64,000 nt of DNA. Source: Elusimicrobia bacterium RIFOXYA12_FULL_51_18 (lineage in GTDB: Bacteria > Elusimicrobiota > Elusimicrobia > Elusimicrobiales > UBA9959). The DNA is taken from contig MGVA01000043.1 of the NCBI GenBank assembly GCA_001800245.1, positions 93,098-157,097 on the forward strand. The letters are read 5' to 3'. Positions 53,725-61,835 of this stretch are shown here, in pieces (the stretch's first letter is position 1; each line of letters begins with the position of its first letter). The notes below the pieces were generated by a model that was not told where the DNA came from, did not search any database, and saw only the letters and a list, made by a program, of their open reading frames with translations. Made by a program: the position numbers and the translations under genes.

Positions 53725-54969
53725 ATGAAGCTCACGTCCGACAGACTGAAAAACCATCCGCTGGCCCTTTTTTCCGATTTTAGGAGGCTTTTTGCCGGTC
53801 GTCTGATTTCAGCCGTGGGGGATAAGTTTTTCTCCATTGCCATCGCCTGGTGGGTTATAAGCAAAAGCGGTGGAGACTCCAAGTTCCAGCTGGGATTGGT
53901 GATGGCCGTGACCGTCATTCCGGTGGTTCTGTTCGGGCCCGTGCTGGGCACTTTAGTGGACCGTTCCGATAAACGCCGGGTAATGCTGCTGGCCGATGCC
54001 GCTCGGGCCTTATGCGTATTCATCCTGGCCTGGCTGCTTTACGCGGACAGGCTGAGTCTGCCCGCGCTCTATGCGCTGTGTTTTCTTATTTCGGCTTTCG
54101 GCCCGCTTTTCGAATCCGCAGTTTCAAGCTCCATAGTCCGCCTGACCTCCCCGGAAAAGCTGGCCGGCGCCACCGCCACCGACGCCTCCGTCATGCAGCT
54201 TTCGAGCGTGGCCGGCTCGGCCCTCGGCAGCGTGCTGATGGCCGTGGTGGGTGTTGCCGGCGCTTTCTTGTTCAACGCGCTCTCATACCTGGCGTCTTTT
54301 TTTGCCGTTTTACTCATCCGTACCGATCTGCGGCCGGCCGGGCGCGACGCCCCTTCGGCCTACATGACGGAGCTTCGCGACGGCCTGAACTATGTGTTAA
54401 AGAGCCCTCCGCTCCTGGCGCTGCTGTCCGTCTTCGCCGCATTTAATTTTTTTATCGGCCCGTTGCTGATCCTCATTCCCATGATCGTGCAGTTTACGCT
54501 GAAGGAATCGGTAACCTGGCTGGCGGTATTCGAGACTTTTTTCGCTCTGGGATCCGCGGTAACTTCGGTCGCGGCCAGTTTTAGGAAAACTTATGTCAGC
54601 GTATATGGTACATTTTTTAGGTCGGTGCTGTTCCTGGGGCTTTCTTTCGGCGGGCTTTATTTTACCTCGGATAAATACGTGGTCTGCGCCCTGCTTTTCG
54701 CCGCCGGCGCGGCTCTAGGAACCGGGAACACCGCCGCGCTTACCCTTTTTCAGCACGCCGTGCCCGAGGAGATGAAGGGGCGGTTCTTCGCCGTTCTGAC
54801 CACCATCTGTTACGCCGTTCTGCCGCTGACCTTTATGATCAACGGGATCCTGGCAGAGAAATTTTCGGTGGGATTCTGCATCGCGTTCAATTCCGCGGCC
54901 GTGCTTGCCATCTCATGCGTAATACTTCTCATTCCGAGGCTTGAGGTCCGGTTCGGCGCGGGAAATTAA
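53725..54969 (+). CDS. MFS transporter
   Basis: 12 predicted TM helices; 'GTLVDRSDKRRVM' loop 2-3 motif. Confidence 0.8.
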   Translation: MKLTSDRLKNHPLALFSDFRRLFAGRLISAVGDKFFSIAIAWWVISKSGGDSKFQLGLVMAVTVIPVVLFGPVLGTLVDRSDKRRVMLLADAARALCVFILAWLLYADRLSLPALYALCFLISAFGPLFESAVSSSIVRLTSPEKLAGATATDASVMQLSSVAGSALGSVLMAVVGVAGAFLFNALSYLASFFAVLLIRTDLRPAGRDAPSAYMTELRDGLNYVLKSPPLLALLSVFAAFNFFIGPLLILIPMIVQFTLKESVTWLAVFETFFALGSAVTSVAASFRKTYVSVYGTFFRSVLFLGLSFGGLYFTSDKYVVCALLFAAGAALGTGNTAALTLFQHAVPEEMKGRFFAVLTTICYAVLPLTFMINGILAEKFSVGFCIAFNSAAVLAISCVILLIPRLEVRFGAGN

Positions 54970-55002
54970 ACGGTTTGATCTTACATGTTTTTGGCCTGGG
55001 GG

Positions 55003-56211
55003 TCAGATCTTTATCACGCGCGTCTGGGCTATGATGTCATGCCACGTGCGTCCTTCTTTTTCCCATAATGCCCAGGCGTAACCGAGCAGGCCCGTGAGGG
55101 ACACGAGCGAGAAAAATGCCCGGAGGAAAGCTTTGTCCGCCGCCGTATTTACTCCGGTGGCCGCGTCCACCACTTTTAACTTTAGGATCATTTTGCCGGG
55201 AGTGGCGCCAAAACGCCAGACCATGACCGCGCCGTAAAGCGCCCATAGGAGCATGGTAACCGGGAGGCTCTTGCCGTGTTCTTTGGCCTCGCCGAGCCCG
55301 GTCTTGAACCCGATATCAAGCTTTTTGGTCCGTTCCAATTTGCCGCCGGGCTGAGCAGGCCTGGTGATTTTAACCCCGTCCTTCCGGTTGTAGGAGATAG
55401 TTTCGCCGTTATCGCCTTTAATGTTCAAACCGTCGGGACCGATGTGGACCTTCTCGGCCCGGATTTCCTGGCGGCCATATTTATCCTTTCTTTCAATCTT
55501 CGCATCCGGCCCGCAGGCGCGCAGACCGAGCGCGTTGAGAACCACCAGAAAAACAGTTACATCCACTAAAAGAGCGCCCAGTCTGCGCCAGAAACCGGCC
55601 CGGACTCCGGTTGCCGCAACTACCGGTCCGGGAACTGTTCCGGTTGCCTGGCTTTCAGCGGCGCCGGCGGAGGCTAGCTGCTCGGGCCGGCCTATGGGCG
55701 TCTCCCGCAGTACGCGGTAAACCTTGATCTTTTCCGGCACGTTCTTGAACTGGCGGTAGCCGATCTCGCTGGACGGAACCTCTTTTTTGTTCATGGCCAG
55801 GTACACGGCTTCCGTAAAGAACACCTGGCCGGCTTCGGCTATGCCGCCTATGCGCGCGGTGATATTAACGGCGTCCCCGTAAATATCATTATCCGCCAGG
55901 GTCACTTCGCCCGAATTGATGGCGATGCGGATCTCTATTTTATCGTCGGTGCCCCTGTCGGTGTTGTGCGCTTTGAGCACGTTCTGTATTTCCACGCCGC
56001 AAAGGACGGCGTCGGTAGGGCTGTCGAAGGTGACCAGGAACGCGTCGCCTATTGTCTTGACCAGTTTGCCTTCGAATTTTTGAATAACCGGCAGGACCAG
56101 CTCTTCATGTTTCTTGATCATTTCCAGCACCTGGGTCCGCGAAAAGCTGGCGGTTTTGGATGTGAACCCTTTTATATCGGTAAGCATTATGGTCAAATGT
56201 TTTGTCTGCAT
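55003..56211 (-). CDS. class III adenylate/guanylate cyclase fused to a C-terminal RDD membrane domain
   Basis: 'IMLTDIKGFTS', 'KTIGDAFLVTF', 'YGDAVNITARI'; C-terminal 'AGFWRRLGALLVDVTVFLVV' RDD-type region. Confidence 0.8.
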   Translation of the reverse strand: MQTKHLTIMLTDIKGFTSKTASFSRTQVLEMIKKHEELVLPVIQKFEGKLVKTIGDAFLVTFDSPTDAVLCGVEIQNVLKAHNTDRGTDDKIEIRIAINSGEVTLADNDIYGDAVNITARIGGIAEAGQVFFTEAVYLAMNKKEVPSSEIGYRQFKNVPEKIKVYRVLRETPIGRPEQLASAGAAESQATGTVPGPVVAATGVRAGFWRRLGALLVDVTVFLVVLNALGLRACGPDAKIERKDKYGRQEIRAEKVHIGPDGLNIKGDNGETISYNRKDGVKITRPAQPGGKLERTKKLDIGFKTGLGEAKEHGKSLPVTMLLWALYGAVMVWRFGATPGKMILKLKVVDAATGVNTAADKAFLRAFFSLVSLTGLLGYAWALWEKEGRTWHDIIAQTRVIKI

Positions 56212-56305
56212 TGAGCCTCTCTTCCGGTTTTCGATTACTTCAATTCTAATAAACTGCCGCCGGTCCGGAGTAACTGTGGTTCGGTCGGGGTGCGGTGCGA
56301 TGATC

Positions 56306-57058
56306 TCAGACCGGGTTGGGAACGTCTATGAATTCCGTTTTTATTCCGAACTTGGAACGTAACAGCCGCTCCAGCGCCCAGACGCCGGCTTTTTCGGTAT
56401 TATAATGCCCGGCCGATAAAAAATTAGCCTTATTCTCTCTCGCGGTTTCCTGTACGAACTCCGATATCTCCCCGGTGATATAAAGGTCCAGTCCGGCCGC
56501 TATCGCCTGGTCGAACATCCGCTGTCCGCCTCCAGATACTACGCCCAGGGTCCGGATCTTCTTCGGGCCGAAATTCAGCGGGCGGATTTCCGCGGAAAGC
56601 TTGTGCTTCAGGATTGTCGCTATTTCGGAGAGGGGCCGGGGCCGGCGGAAAACCCCTTTAAATCCGATAGTCTCTCCGTCATAAGTTCCGAAGGGTTTCA
56701 GGTGCCCCGCTCCAAGGAATTTAAGGATCTGGGCGTTGTTGCCTGCGACCGGATGTTTATCCAGCGGCAGATGCCACGCGGCGAGGGTGATGCCGTTGTT
56801 TAAGAGCATTTCAAGTTTTCTGCGAAAAGAGCCCTGTATCGGGAAAGAACGGCCCCAAAGCAGGCCGTGATGAACCACTATCATGTCGGCGCTGGATGAT
56901 ACCGCGCGCCGGAAGAGCTCAAGCGAAGCGGAAACTCCGAAAACCACTTTTTTTATTTCAGCCCGGCCTTCCACTTGAAGGCCGTTCTGCGAAGCATCTT
57001 TTATGTTTTTACCGTCCAGATATTCATTTATGAAATTTATTATCTTGTCCCTGTCCAT
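56306..57058 (-). CDS. Nif3-family dinuclear metal centre protein
   Basis: Start at 'MDRDKIINFINEYL'; 'NGLQVEG', 'MIVVHHGLLW', 'AWHLPLD', 'SAGHYNTE'. The ORF-track N-terminal 100 aa overlaps the upstream gene and is discounted. Confidence 0.85.
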   Translation of the reverse strand: MDRDKIINFINEYLDGKNIKDASQNGLQVEGRAEIKKVVFGVSASLELFRRAVSSSADMIVVHHGLLWGRSFPIQGSFRRKLEMLLNNGITLAAWHLPLDKHPVAGNNAQILKFLGAGHLKPFGTYDGETIGFKGVFRRPRPLSEIATILKHKLSAEIRPLNFGPKKIRTLGVVSGGGQRMFDQAIAAGLDLYITGEISEFVQETARENKANFLSAGHYNTEKAGVWALERLLRSKFGIKTEFIDVPNPV

Positions 57059-57083
57059 TTTTATTCCCCTCCGGGGCTCAATA

Positions 57084-58859
57084 TTAACGGCCCCGTGCGG
57101 CATAATAATATCCGTTTGAGAAGTCCTCCGCCAGGAAGTCGGTGATCTCAAAAGTTTTGTCATCCGTCGTGTACAGCATGAAAGCGGTGTAACTCCAGAG
57201 CCCGGGATTGCCAGGGAGGGAGGTTCTGGGAACGCGCACGGTGAATGAGCCGTTCTCGAAACCGGGTTTGAAGGTTCCAATTTCCCGGGGGCCCTTGGTG
57301 GTGGCGGTGTAGAGCGAGGCTTTTTTAGCGGACGTCCCCAGCGCATATTCCCAGGCATTATCGGGGAAGATCCTTCCCGCGCGGTAATCCAATAGCTTGG
57401 TGGACCCCGCCCGCGGGCGGTTGTTTATATCTATGTAAAGGTCAAACCTAGCGCCGGAAAAGGTTCCGTCCAAGACGGTTTCGGGGGGGGCCGATGGAGA
57501 GAAAACGAAAATGATGTCGTTGTCCGTCCAGGAAATATCCATTTTTGCAAGCTTCCAGATTTTTTGCGGGTTCTGGTTTTTAGGGTATGCCTTAACCCCG
57601 GCGGGAGGCAGCGGCGCGCGTGTGGCATTGATGAAAATTAAACCGTCAGAGCTTTTTGTTACGGTCAGCTTATCCGAGTCTTCCGTTTCTTCTTTCATGT
57701 CGGCGAGAGTGGAGAACAGCCAGCCCGGCGGAGTCTTATCCATGAGCCTATAGGTATTGGCTAAAGCGTTCTGCAGCTCTATTTCGGTTTCCTTTGCCGC
57801 TTCGGGGTCTGGATCGGAAAGTTTAAGGAGCTTGGGTCCAGATTCCACGGAAAAATACTCCGTAAAAGCGGCTTTGGCGGCTTTGTAATCTCCCTGTTTA
57901 GAGTTCAGGTGGGCCATAAGTTCACTTCGGGTCCGGGTAAAGGCGGTCAGAGCTCCTGACTGCATAGGAGCGCCGGCCCACGACGAATAATCCCCGCTCC
58001 AGGGCGCGGTGATCTGCGTTGCCAGTGACGGGGGAAGGGCGGTTGAAACGGCGATTTTAATCGCTTCGGAGACCGTCATGTAAGGAGAAGAATGTTCGGT
58101 TGAGAGGAATGACAGGAGTGCGGCTCTTGAATCGTATCCGGGCCCGTCGGAGGTCTCGTCAAAGACCAGGAAATACGGCTGGGCGGCGGGATAGCCGGGC
58201 AGCTGGGAGGCCGGACAGTCGGGTAACCGGGTAACGGCGGTTTCGCCGTAGGCGGGGGGGAGGGAAAAGGGGACAATGCTGACGCCTTCGGCGTTAATAA
58301 AACTGAAAGGCCCTGTTGAGGTGAGCGGGCCGGCCGCCAGCCATTTGAACCCCAGCGCTTTGGCCAGGGGGATATACTCCGATATGGTTCCGCCCGGCGC
58401 GCTGACTAAACCGTCCGGCGGATGTGTGAAGTTCCTGGTGTGCGCGTCGCGCGCGTCGCTCATTCTGAGCGCGATAAAAAAAGGGTCGTTAGTGAAAGCG
58501 GCGCTGGAGGGCTTGTTCCTCCATTGCACGGCGTCCTCGCGCGGGTAGTAGAAAAGCGGGATAATGGGATCGCCGTCCGGCCTTGCGGCTAATTCTATGC
58601 GGCCCTCGGCGGCCAGGCCTTTTATCTTTTCCATCGATTGCGATGGGATCTCGCCCGGCGCCGCGCTTAATTTCAGACTTTTGTCTTTTTCAAGACGCGC
58701 GATAACGTCGTCCAGAGGGGCGTGTTCGCGAGGGATCCATAAAATCGCCGTGCCGGCGCTCAGCGGCGCGGTGGAAATGAAAAAATATAGTATTGACAAA
58801 GTTGAGGTTTTCAATAATATCGCCATTCTTCGCATCCCGTAACTTTTTCTGAATTCCAA
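57084..58859 (-). CDS. large secreted protein, unknown function (possible glycan-active; glucodextranase-C-like tail)
   Basis: Signal peptide; C-terminal 'FDLYIDINNRPRAGS...DNAWEYAL' resembles carbohydrate-binding tail domains (weak, from memory). Confidence 0.45.
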   Translation of the reverse strand: MEFRKSYGMRRMAILLKTSTLSILYFFISTAPLSAGTAILWIPREHAPLDDVIARLEKDKSLKLSAAPGEIPSQSMEKIKGLAAEGRIELAARPDGDPIIPLFYYPREDAVQWRNKPSSAAFTNDPFFIALRMSDARDAHTRNFTHPPDGLVSAPGGTISEYIPLAKALGFKWLAAGPLTSTGPFSFINAEGVSIVPFSLPPAYGETAVTRLPDCPASQLPGYPAAQPYFLVFDETSDGPGYDSRAALLSFLSTEHSSPYMTVSEAIKIAVSTALPPSLATQITAPWSGDYSSWAGAPMQSGALTAFTRTRSELMAHLNSKQGDYKAAKAAFTEYFSVESGPKLLKLSDPDPEAAKETEIELQNALANTYRLMDKTPPGWLFSTLADMKEETEDSDKLTVTKSSDGLIFINATRAPLPPAGVKAYPKNQNPQKIWKLAKMDISWTDNDIIFVFSPSAPPETVLDGTFSGARFDLYIDINNRPRAGSTKLLDYRAGRIFPDNAWEYALGTSAKKASLYTATTKGPREIGTFKPGFENGSFTVRVPRTSLPGNPGLWSYTAFMLYTTDDKTFEITDFLAEDFSNGYYYAARGR

Positions 58860-58876
58860 CTTTTAAACGCGCCGGC

Positions 58877-59344
58877 TTACTTCACCGTCATTACCGAGAC
58901 TTTTTTTTCACCAGCCATGGCCGTTTCAGGGTTAAGAGGGTCCAGCATAAGCTGTCCGTCTATGCTGTAAAGGTACTGATATGCTCCCGGCGGCAGTGGA
59001 ATGACTGTCCCCCAGGTGTTTTTTCCGTGTTTAACAAGCGTAAGAGAATCCTGGTTCCATTTATTAAAATCACCCGCGAGCTTTACCGTTTTGGCGTTGG
59101 CGATCTTTATTGTAAATTTAACGAAGCGTATTTCCGGCTGTGCCAGATCCGCCCGCTGATCGGCCGGCCTGGGATGCATGGGTGGGAGCTGGGCGAAGCG
59201 CGACGGCTTTGTGCTGGCCACGCTCCAGTGGCCCATGAAGCTGAAATATTTCTTCAGGGCATTATGGAAGAGCACGCTGGGCACGCTGACGAACGCCAGT
59301 GCGAAGACCGCTATAAACAGCAGCATGGATTTTCTTTCCAGCAT
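58877..59344 (-). CDS. membrane-anchored glycogen-binding (CBM48/AMPK-beta-like) domain protein
   Basis: N-terminal TM; 'VKLAGDFNKWNQDSLTLVKHGKNTWGTVIPLPPGAYQYLYSIDGQLMLDP'. Confidence 0.65.
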   Translation of the reverse strand: MLERKSMLLFIAVFALAFVSVPSVLFHNALKKYFSFMGHWSVASTKPSRFAQLPPMHPRPADQRADLAQPEIRFVKFTIKIANAKTVKLAGDFNKWNQDSLTLVKHGKNTWGTVIPLPPGAYQYLYSIDGQLMLDPLNPETAMAGEKKVSVMTVK

Positions 59345-59415
59345 GATTATTGCTCTCTACCCGTAGTATGCGTCTTAGGCGGACGGATACCCTTGCGGGC
59401 TTTCACCGTTAGTTC

Positions 59416-60060
59416 TCATTCTTCCAGCCTGGCCCGTATCCTGGGCCTGGCGCCAAGTTCTTTAACCAGAGCGGTAAATTTTTCAAGGTCCACTCCGTTG
59501 TCTTTTATGGCCGTGGCCACGGTTTCGGGAATGACCCGGGCTGCGTCGCGTATAAAGTCAAGCACGCATTTAAAACCTGTTTGCGCATATTCCGGCCTTG
59601 GCCGCATAAGGGTAAGCCATTGCGCGGGATCCGCGGTGTTAAGGCTGACGTGCACGGAGTCTACAAGGTCTTTGAGTTTTGGGACGATGTTTCCCCCGTT
59701 CACGAGCCCGCCCAGGCCGTTGGTATTCAGGCGTACGCGCAGTCCCGCCGGTACAGGGGCCAATGCGCCGCTCTTGACGGCGCCTGCGGCGGCCAGGAGT
59801 ACGTCCAGGCGCATGGTCGGTTCTCCATAGCCGCAAAAAACAAGTTCATCAAAAGGGGCTTGCGTCCACTCCGCCTTTATCAGCGCAAAAAGAGTTTTAG
59901 TGTCCGGCTCCGCGCCGCCCAAATCCAAGTTGCTGCCGCGATAATCCATCTTCCACTTGTTTTTGATGCAGAAAACGCAGGTCGTGGGGCAGCGGTTGGT
60001 AATATTCAAATAAAGGCCCGTGTGATACCTGTAAGCGGCCGCCGGCTTGGTAGCGTTCAT
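59416..60060 (-). CDS. small radical SAM protein (TatD-associated type)
   Basis: 'LYLNITNRCPTTCVFC', 'CGYGEPT'. Start chosen at MNATK (60060); the longer track ORF (to 60159) would read into an inverted-repeat element. Confidence 0.65.
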   Translation of the reverse strand: MNATKPAAAYRYHTGLYLNITNRCPTTCVFCIKNKWKMDYRGSNLDLGGAEPDTKTLFALIKAEWTQAPFDELVFCGYGEPTMRLDVLLAAAGAVKSGALAPVPAGLRVRLNTNGLGGLVNGGNIVPKLKDLVDSVHVSLNTADPAQWLTLMRPRPEYAQTGFKCVLDFIRDAARVIPETVATAIKDNGVDLEKFTALVKELGARPRIRARLEE

Positions 60061-60115
60061 TAAGTTTATTCTATCATTTATGCCCAGTTCGTAAAATGCC
60101 GTCGCCCCGCCAGTA

Positions 60116-60295
60116 CCTCTCCACCCATACCCGCCGGCAAAAAAGAAAAACAGCGGCATATTCTACCGTGCAAGTCTGCTACGGATTTAATAGAATTAAC
60201 CAAAGGGTGTTGTAAGCTGACAGAAGCTGACCAAGTGAAGCCCACTACCGTCCAAAAGTTAATCAGGTGGTTGCCGGCGGGTATCAGTGGAGGGG
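60116..60295. repeat. 25-bp imperfect (14-bp perfect core) inverted repeats flanking 130 nt
   Basis: ATACCCGCCGGCAA (60127-60140) is the exact reverse complement of TTGCCGGCGGGTAT (60271-60284); the arms extend to 22/25 matches. Confidence 0.7.
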
Positions 60296-60462
60296 TGACG
60301 GGTGTCAGGCTTTTTCGACCCCGAAGGTGAGGACTGGCTTTAGAGCGGAACATAATTATGTTCCGCGCCCGGTCCGCAAGGAGGGAACGCGAAAAAGACT
60401 GACCCCGGCAGGACCCCGAACTGGCAGCCGCCGGAGCAAGGAACTCAATAATTCGGATTTAC

Positions 60463-61638
60463 ATGAAAATTTTAATAGCTCCTAATGCGTTTAAAGGCAC
60501 TCTTGGCCCGCTGGCGGCGGGGCGGGCCATAGCGCGCGCGCTTAAGAAGCTCGCGCCAGGCGCGAAGCTTGAGTTATTGCCGGTTTCGGACGGCGGGGAT
60601 GGGCTGTTGGAAACGTTCCTGTTCGAATACAAAGGCCGGGGCCGCAGGGTGCTTTCTGTGCCCGGTCCGCTGTCCAAGCCTGTGCGCGCCCGCTGGGTCA
60701 TGGCCGGGGACACGGCCGTTATAGAGATGGCCGAGGCCGCGGGCTTGAAATACCTTTTAAAAAAAGAGCTTGCGCCTCTTGACGCCACCACTTTCGGCGT
60801 CGGGAAGCTGATCGGGGCCGCGGTTGCGGCCGGAGCGCGTTTGGTGATAGTGGGGCTGGGGGGCAGCGCCTCAAATGACGGTGGGGCGGGTTGCGCTGCG
60901 GGTTTCGGCTTCAGGCTGCTGGATAAGCGCGGCCGCCCGGTGCCTCCCGGCGCCCGAGGACTGCTTAGGCTTGAAAGGATACTTCCGCCGGCTTCTGCGG
61001 CCAGTTTGCCGCGTATCAGGATCATAGCTCTTACCGATGTTGATAATCCGCTGACTGGCCCGCGCGGTTCGGCCCGGGTCTATGGTCCTCAGAAGGGAGC
61101 GGATCCGGCGGATGTCGTAGTTATGGAAAAAGCGTTGCTTCATTACGCCCGCGTAATTAAACGCGAACTTGGCATAGATATAAAGGATCTGAAGGGCGGG
61201 GCGGCGGCGGGAGGACTTGGAGCCGGTCTTTACGCTTTTTTCGGAGCCAGGCTGACCGGAGGTTCTGATTTTGTGCTCAAGCGGATGAATTTTGAGGCCG
61301 CAGTGAAGAGATGCGACCTTGTTATCACCGGCGAAGGCCGTTTCGACGAGCAAAGTTTCAGCGGGAAGGCGCCGTTTATGGTCGCGCGGCTCGCCCGTAG
61401 TTATAAAAAACCGGCGCTTATGGTTTGCGGCTCCTGCGCAGTGGAAGATCTTAGCAGCCTCAAAGGCTGCGGCATAAGCGGGGTAATTGCTTTGGACACG
61501 GTTCTCCCGCTTTCCGAACTTCTCGGTAGCCCCGCTTCGGCTATGACCAAAGGGATTCTGCTTTCCAGTGATATCGTGGCCCGGTTTCTCCAACCCATAA
61601 AACTCCCCCGCCGGTCCGGCGGGCGCCCGTTGAAATAG
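60463..61638 (+). CDS. glxK: glycerate kinase
   Basis: 'MKILIAPNAFKGTL', 'LPVSDGGDG', 'VITGEGRFDEQS'. Confidence 0.9.
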   Translation: MKILIAPNAFKGTLGPLAAGRAIARALKKLAPGAKLELLPVSDGGDGLLETFLFEYKGRGRRVLSVPGPLSKPVRARWVMAGDTAVIEMAEAAGLKYLLKKELAPLDATTFGVGKLIGAAVAAGARLVIVGLGGSASNDGGAGCAAGFGFRLLDKRGRPVPPGARGLLRLERILPPASAASLPRIRIIALTDVDNPLTGPRGSARVYGPQKGADPADVVVMEKALLHYARVIKRELGIDIKDLKGGAAAGGLGAGLYAFFGARLTGGSDFVLKRMNFEAAVKRCDLVITGEGRFDEQSFSGKAPFMVARLARSYKKPALMVCGSCAVEDLSSLKGCGISGVIALDTVLPLSELLGSPASAMTKGILLSSDIVARFLQPIKLPRRSGGRPLK

Positions 61639-61642
61639 CGGG
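61607..61642 (+). repeat. 36-nt twin-hairpin repeat (copy 2)
   Basis: 35/36 identical to 39456-39491; supplies the last codons and the TAG stop of glycerate kinase. Confidence 0.8.
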
Positions 61643-61835
61643 CGGTTGTTTAGGGTTGATGTCCCGACTCGCTTGATATACTATCCCCGGATTGCCCGTC
61701 ATTGGACTAAATGGTTTATTTTTAATAATATATACCTTCGTTAAAAATTGCGCCTTGTCTTGGCGCTAAGTTGTGTTTACATTTTTCACAAGGATATTGA
61801 ATGTCCATATCATACCGCCTGGTTGGTTTTAGCCT

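Noticed and set aside
56306-57358. 350-aa version of the Nif3 ORF, and similar N-terminal extensions in the track (28792, 37279, 40033, 47136, 59416-60159, 2393-3895)
   Set aside because: The extensions overlap upstream genes or repeats, are Pro/Arg-rich, and precede internal ATGs. Those internal ATGs give canonical family N-termini with better RBS or stop-start coupling.
60061-60300. Cobalamin or SAM riboswitch in the 5' region of the minus-strand radical SAM gene (a 'CCACTG' B12-box-like string is on the minus strand)
   Set aside because: The order of the B12-box-like and 'AGCCAG' strings is reversed relative to the consensus, and the GGGAA/GGUG core is missing. No SAM-I 'GAGGGA...GGCAACC' core is present.
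60368-60440. SRP (4.5S) RNA helix 8: 'CCGGTCC-GCAA-GGA' and 'GGCAGCC' resemble 'GGUCC-GGAA-GGAAGCAGCC'
   Set aside because: The conserved AGCA of the symmetric loop does not follow the tetraloop hairpin, and the second fragment does not fold as helix 8.
60219-60441. RNase P RNA: 'ACAGAAGCTGACCAAG' resembles the E. coli M1 5' end and CR-IV, and 'CCGGAGCAAGG' resembles CR-III
   Set aside because: The universal 'GAGGAAAGUCCGGGC' (CR-I) and 'AGGGUGAAA...GGUAAGAGC' blocks are absent on both strands. The two matching blocks are in the wrong order, and the free space between genes is only marginally large enough. I treat it as coincidence within an unidentified structured region.
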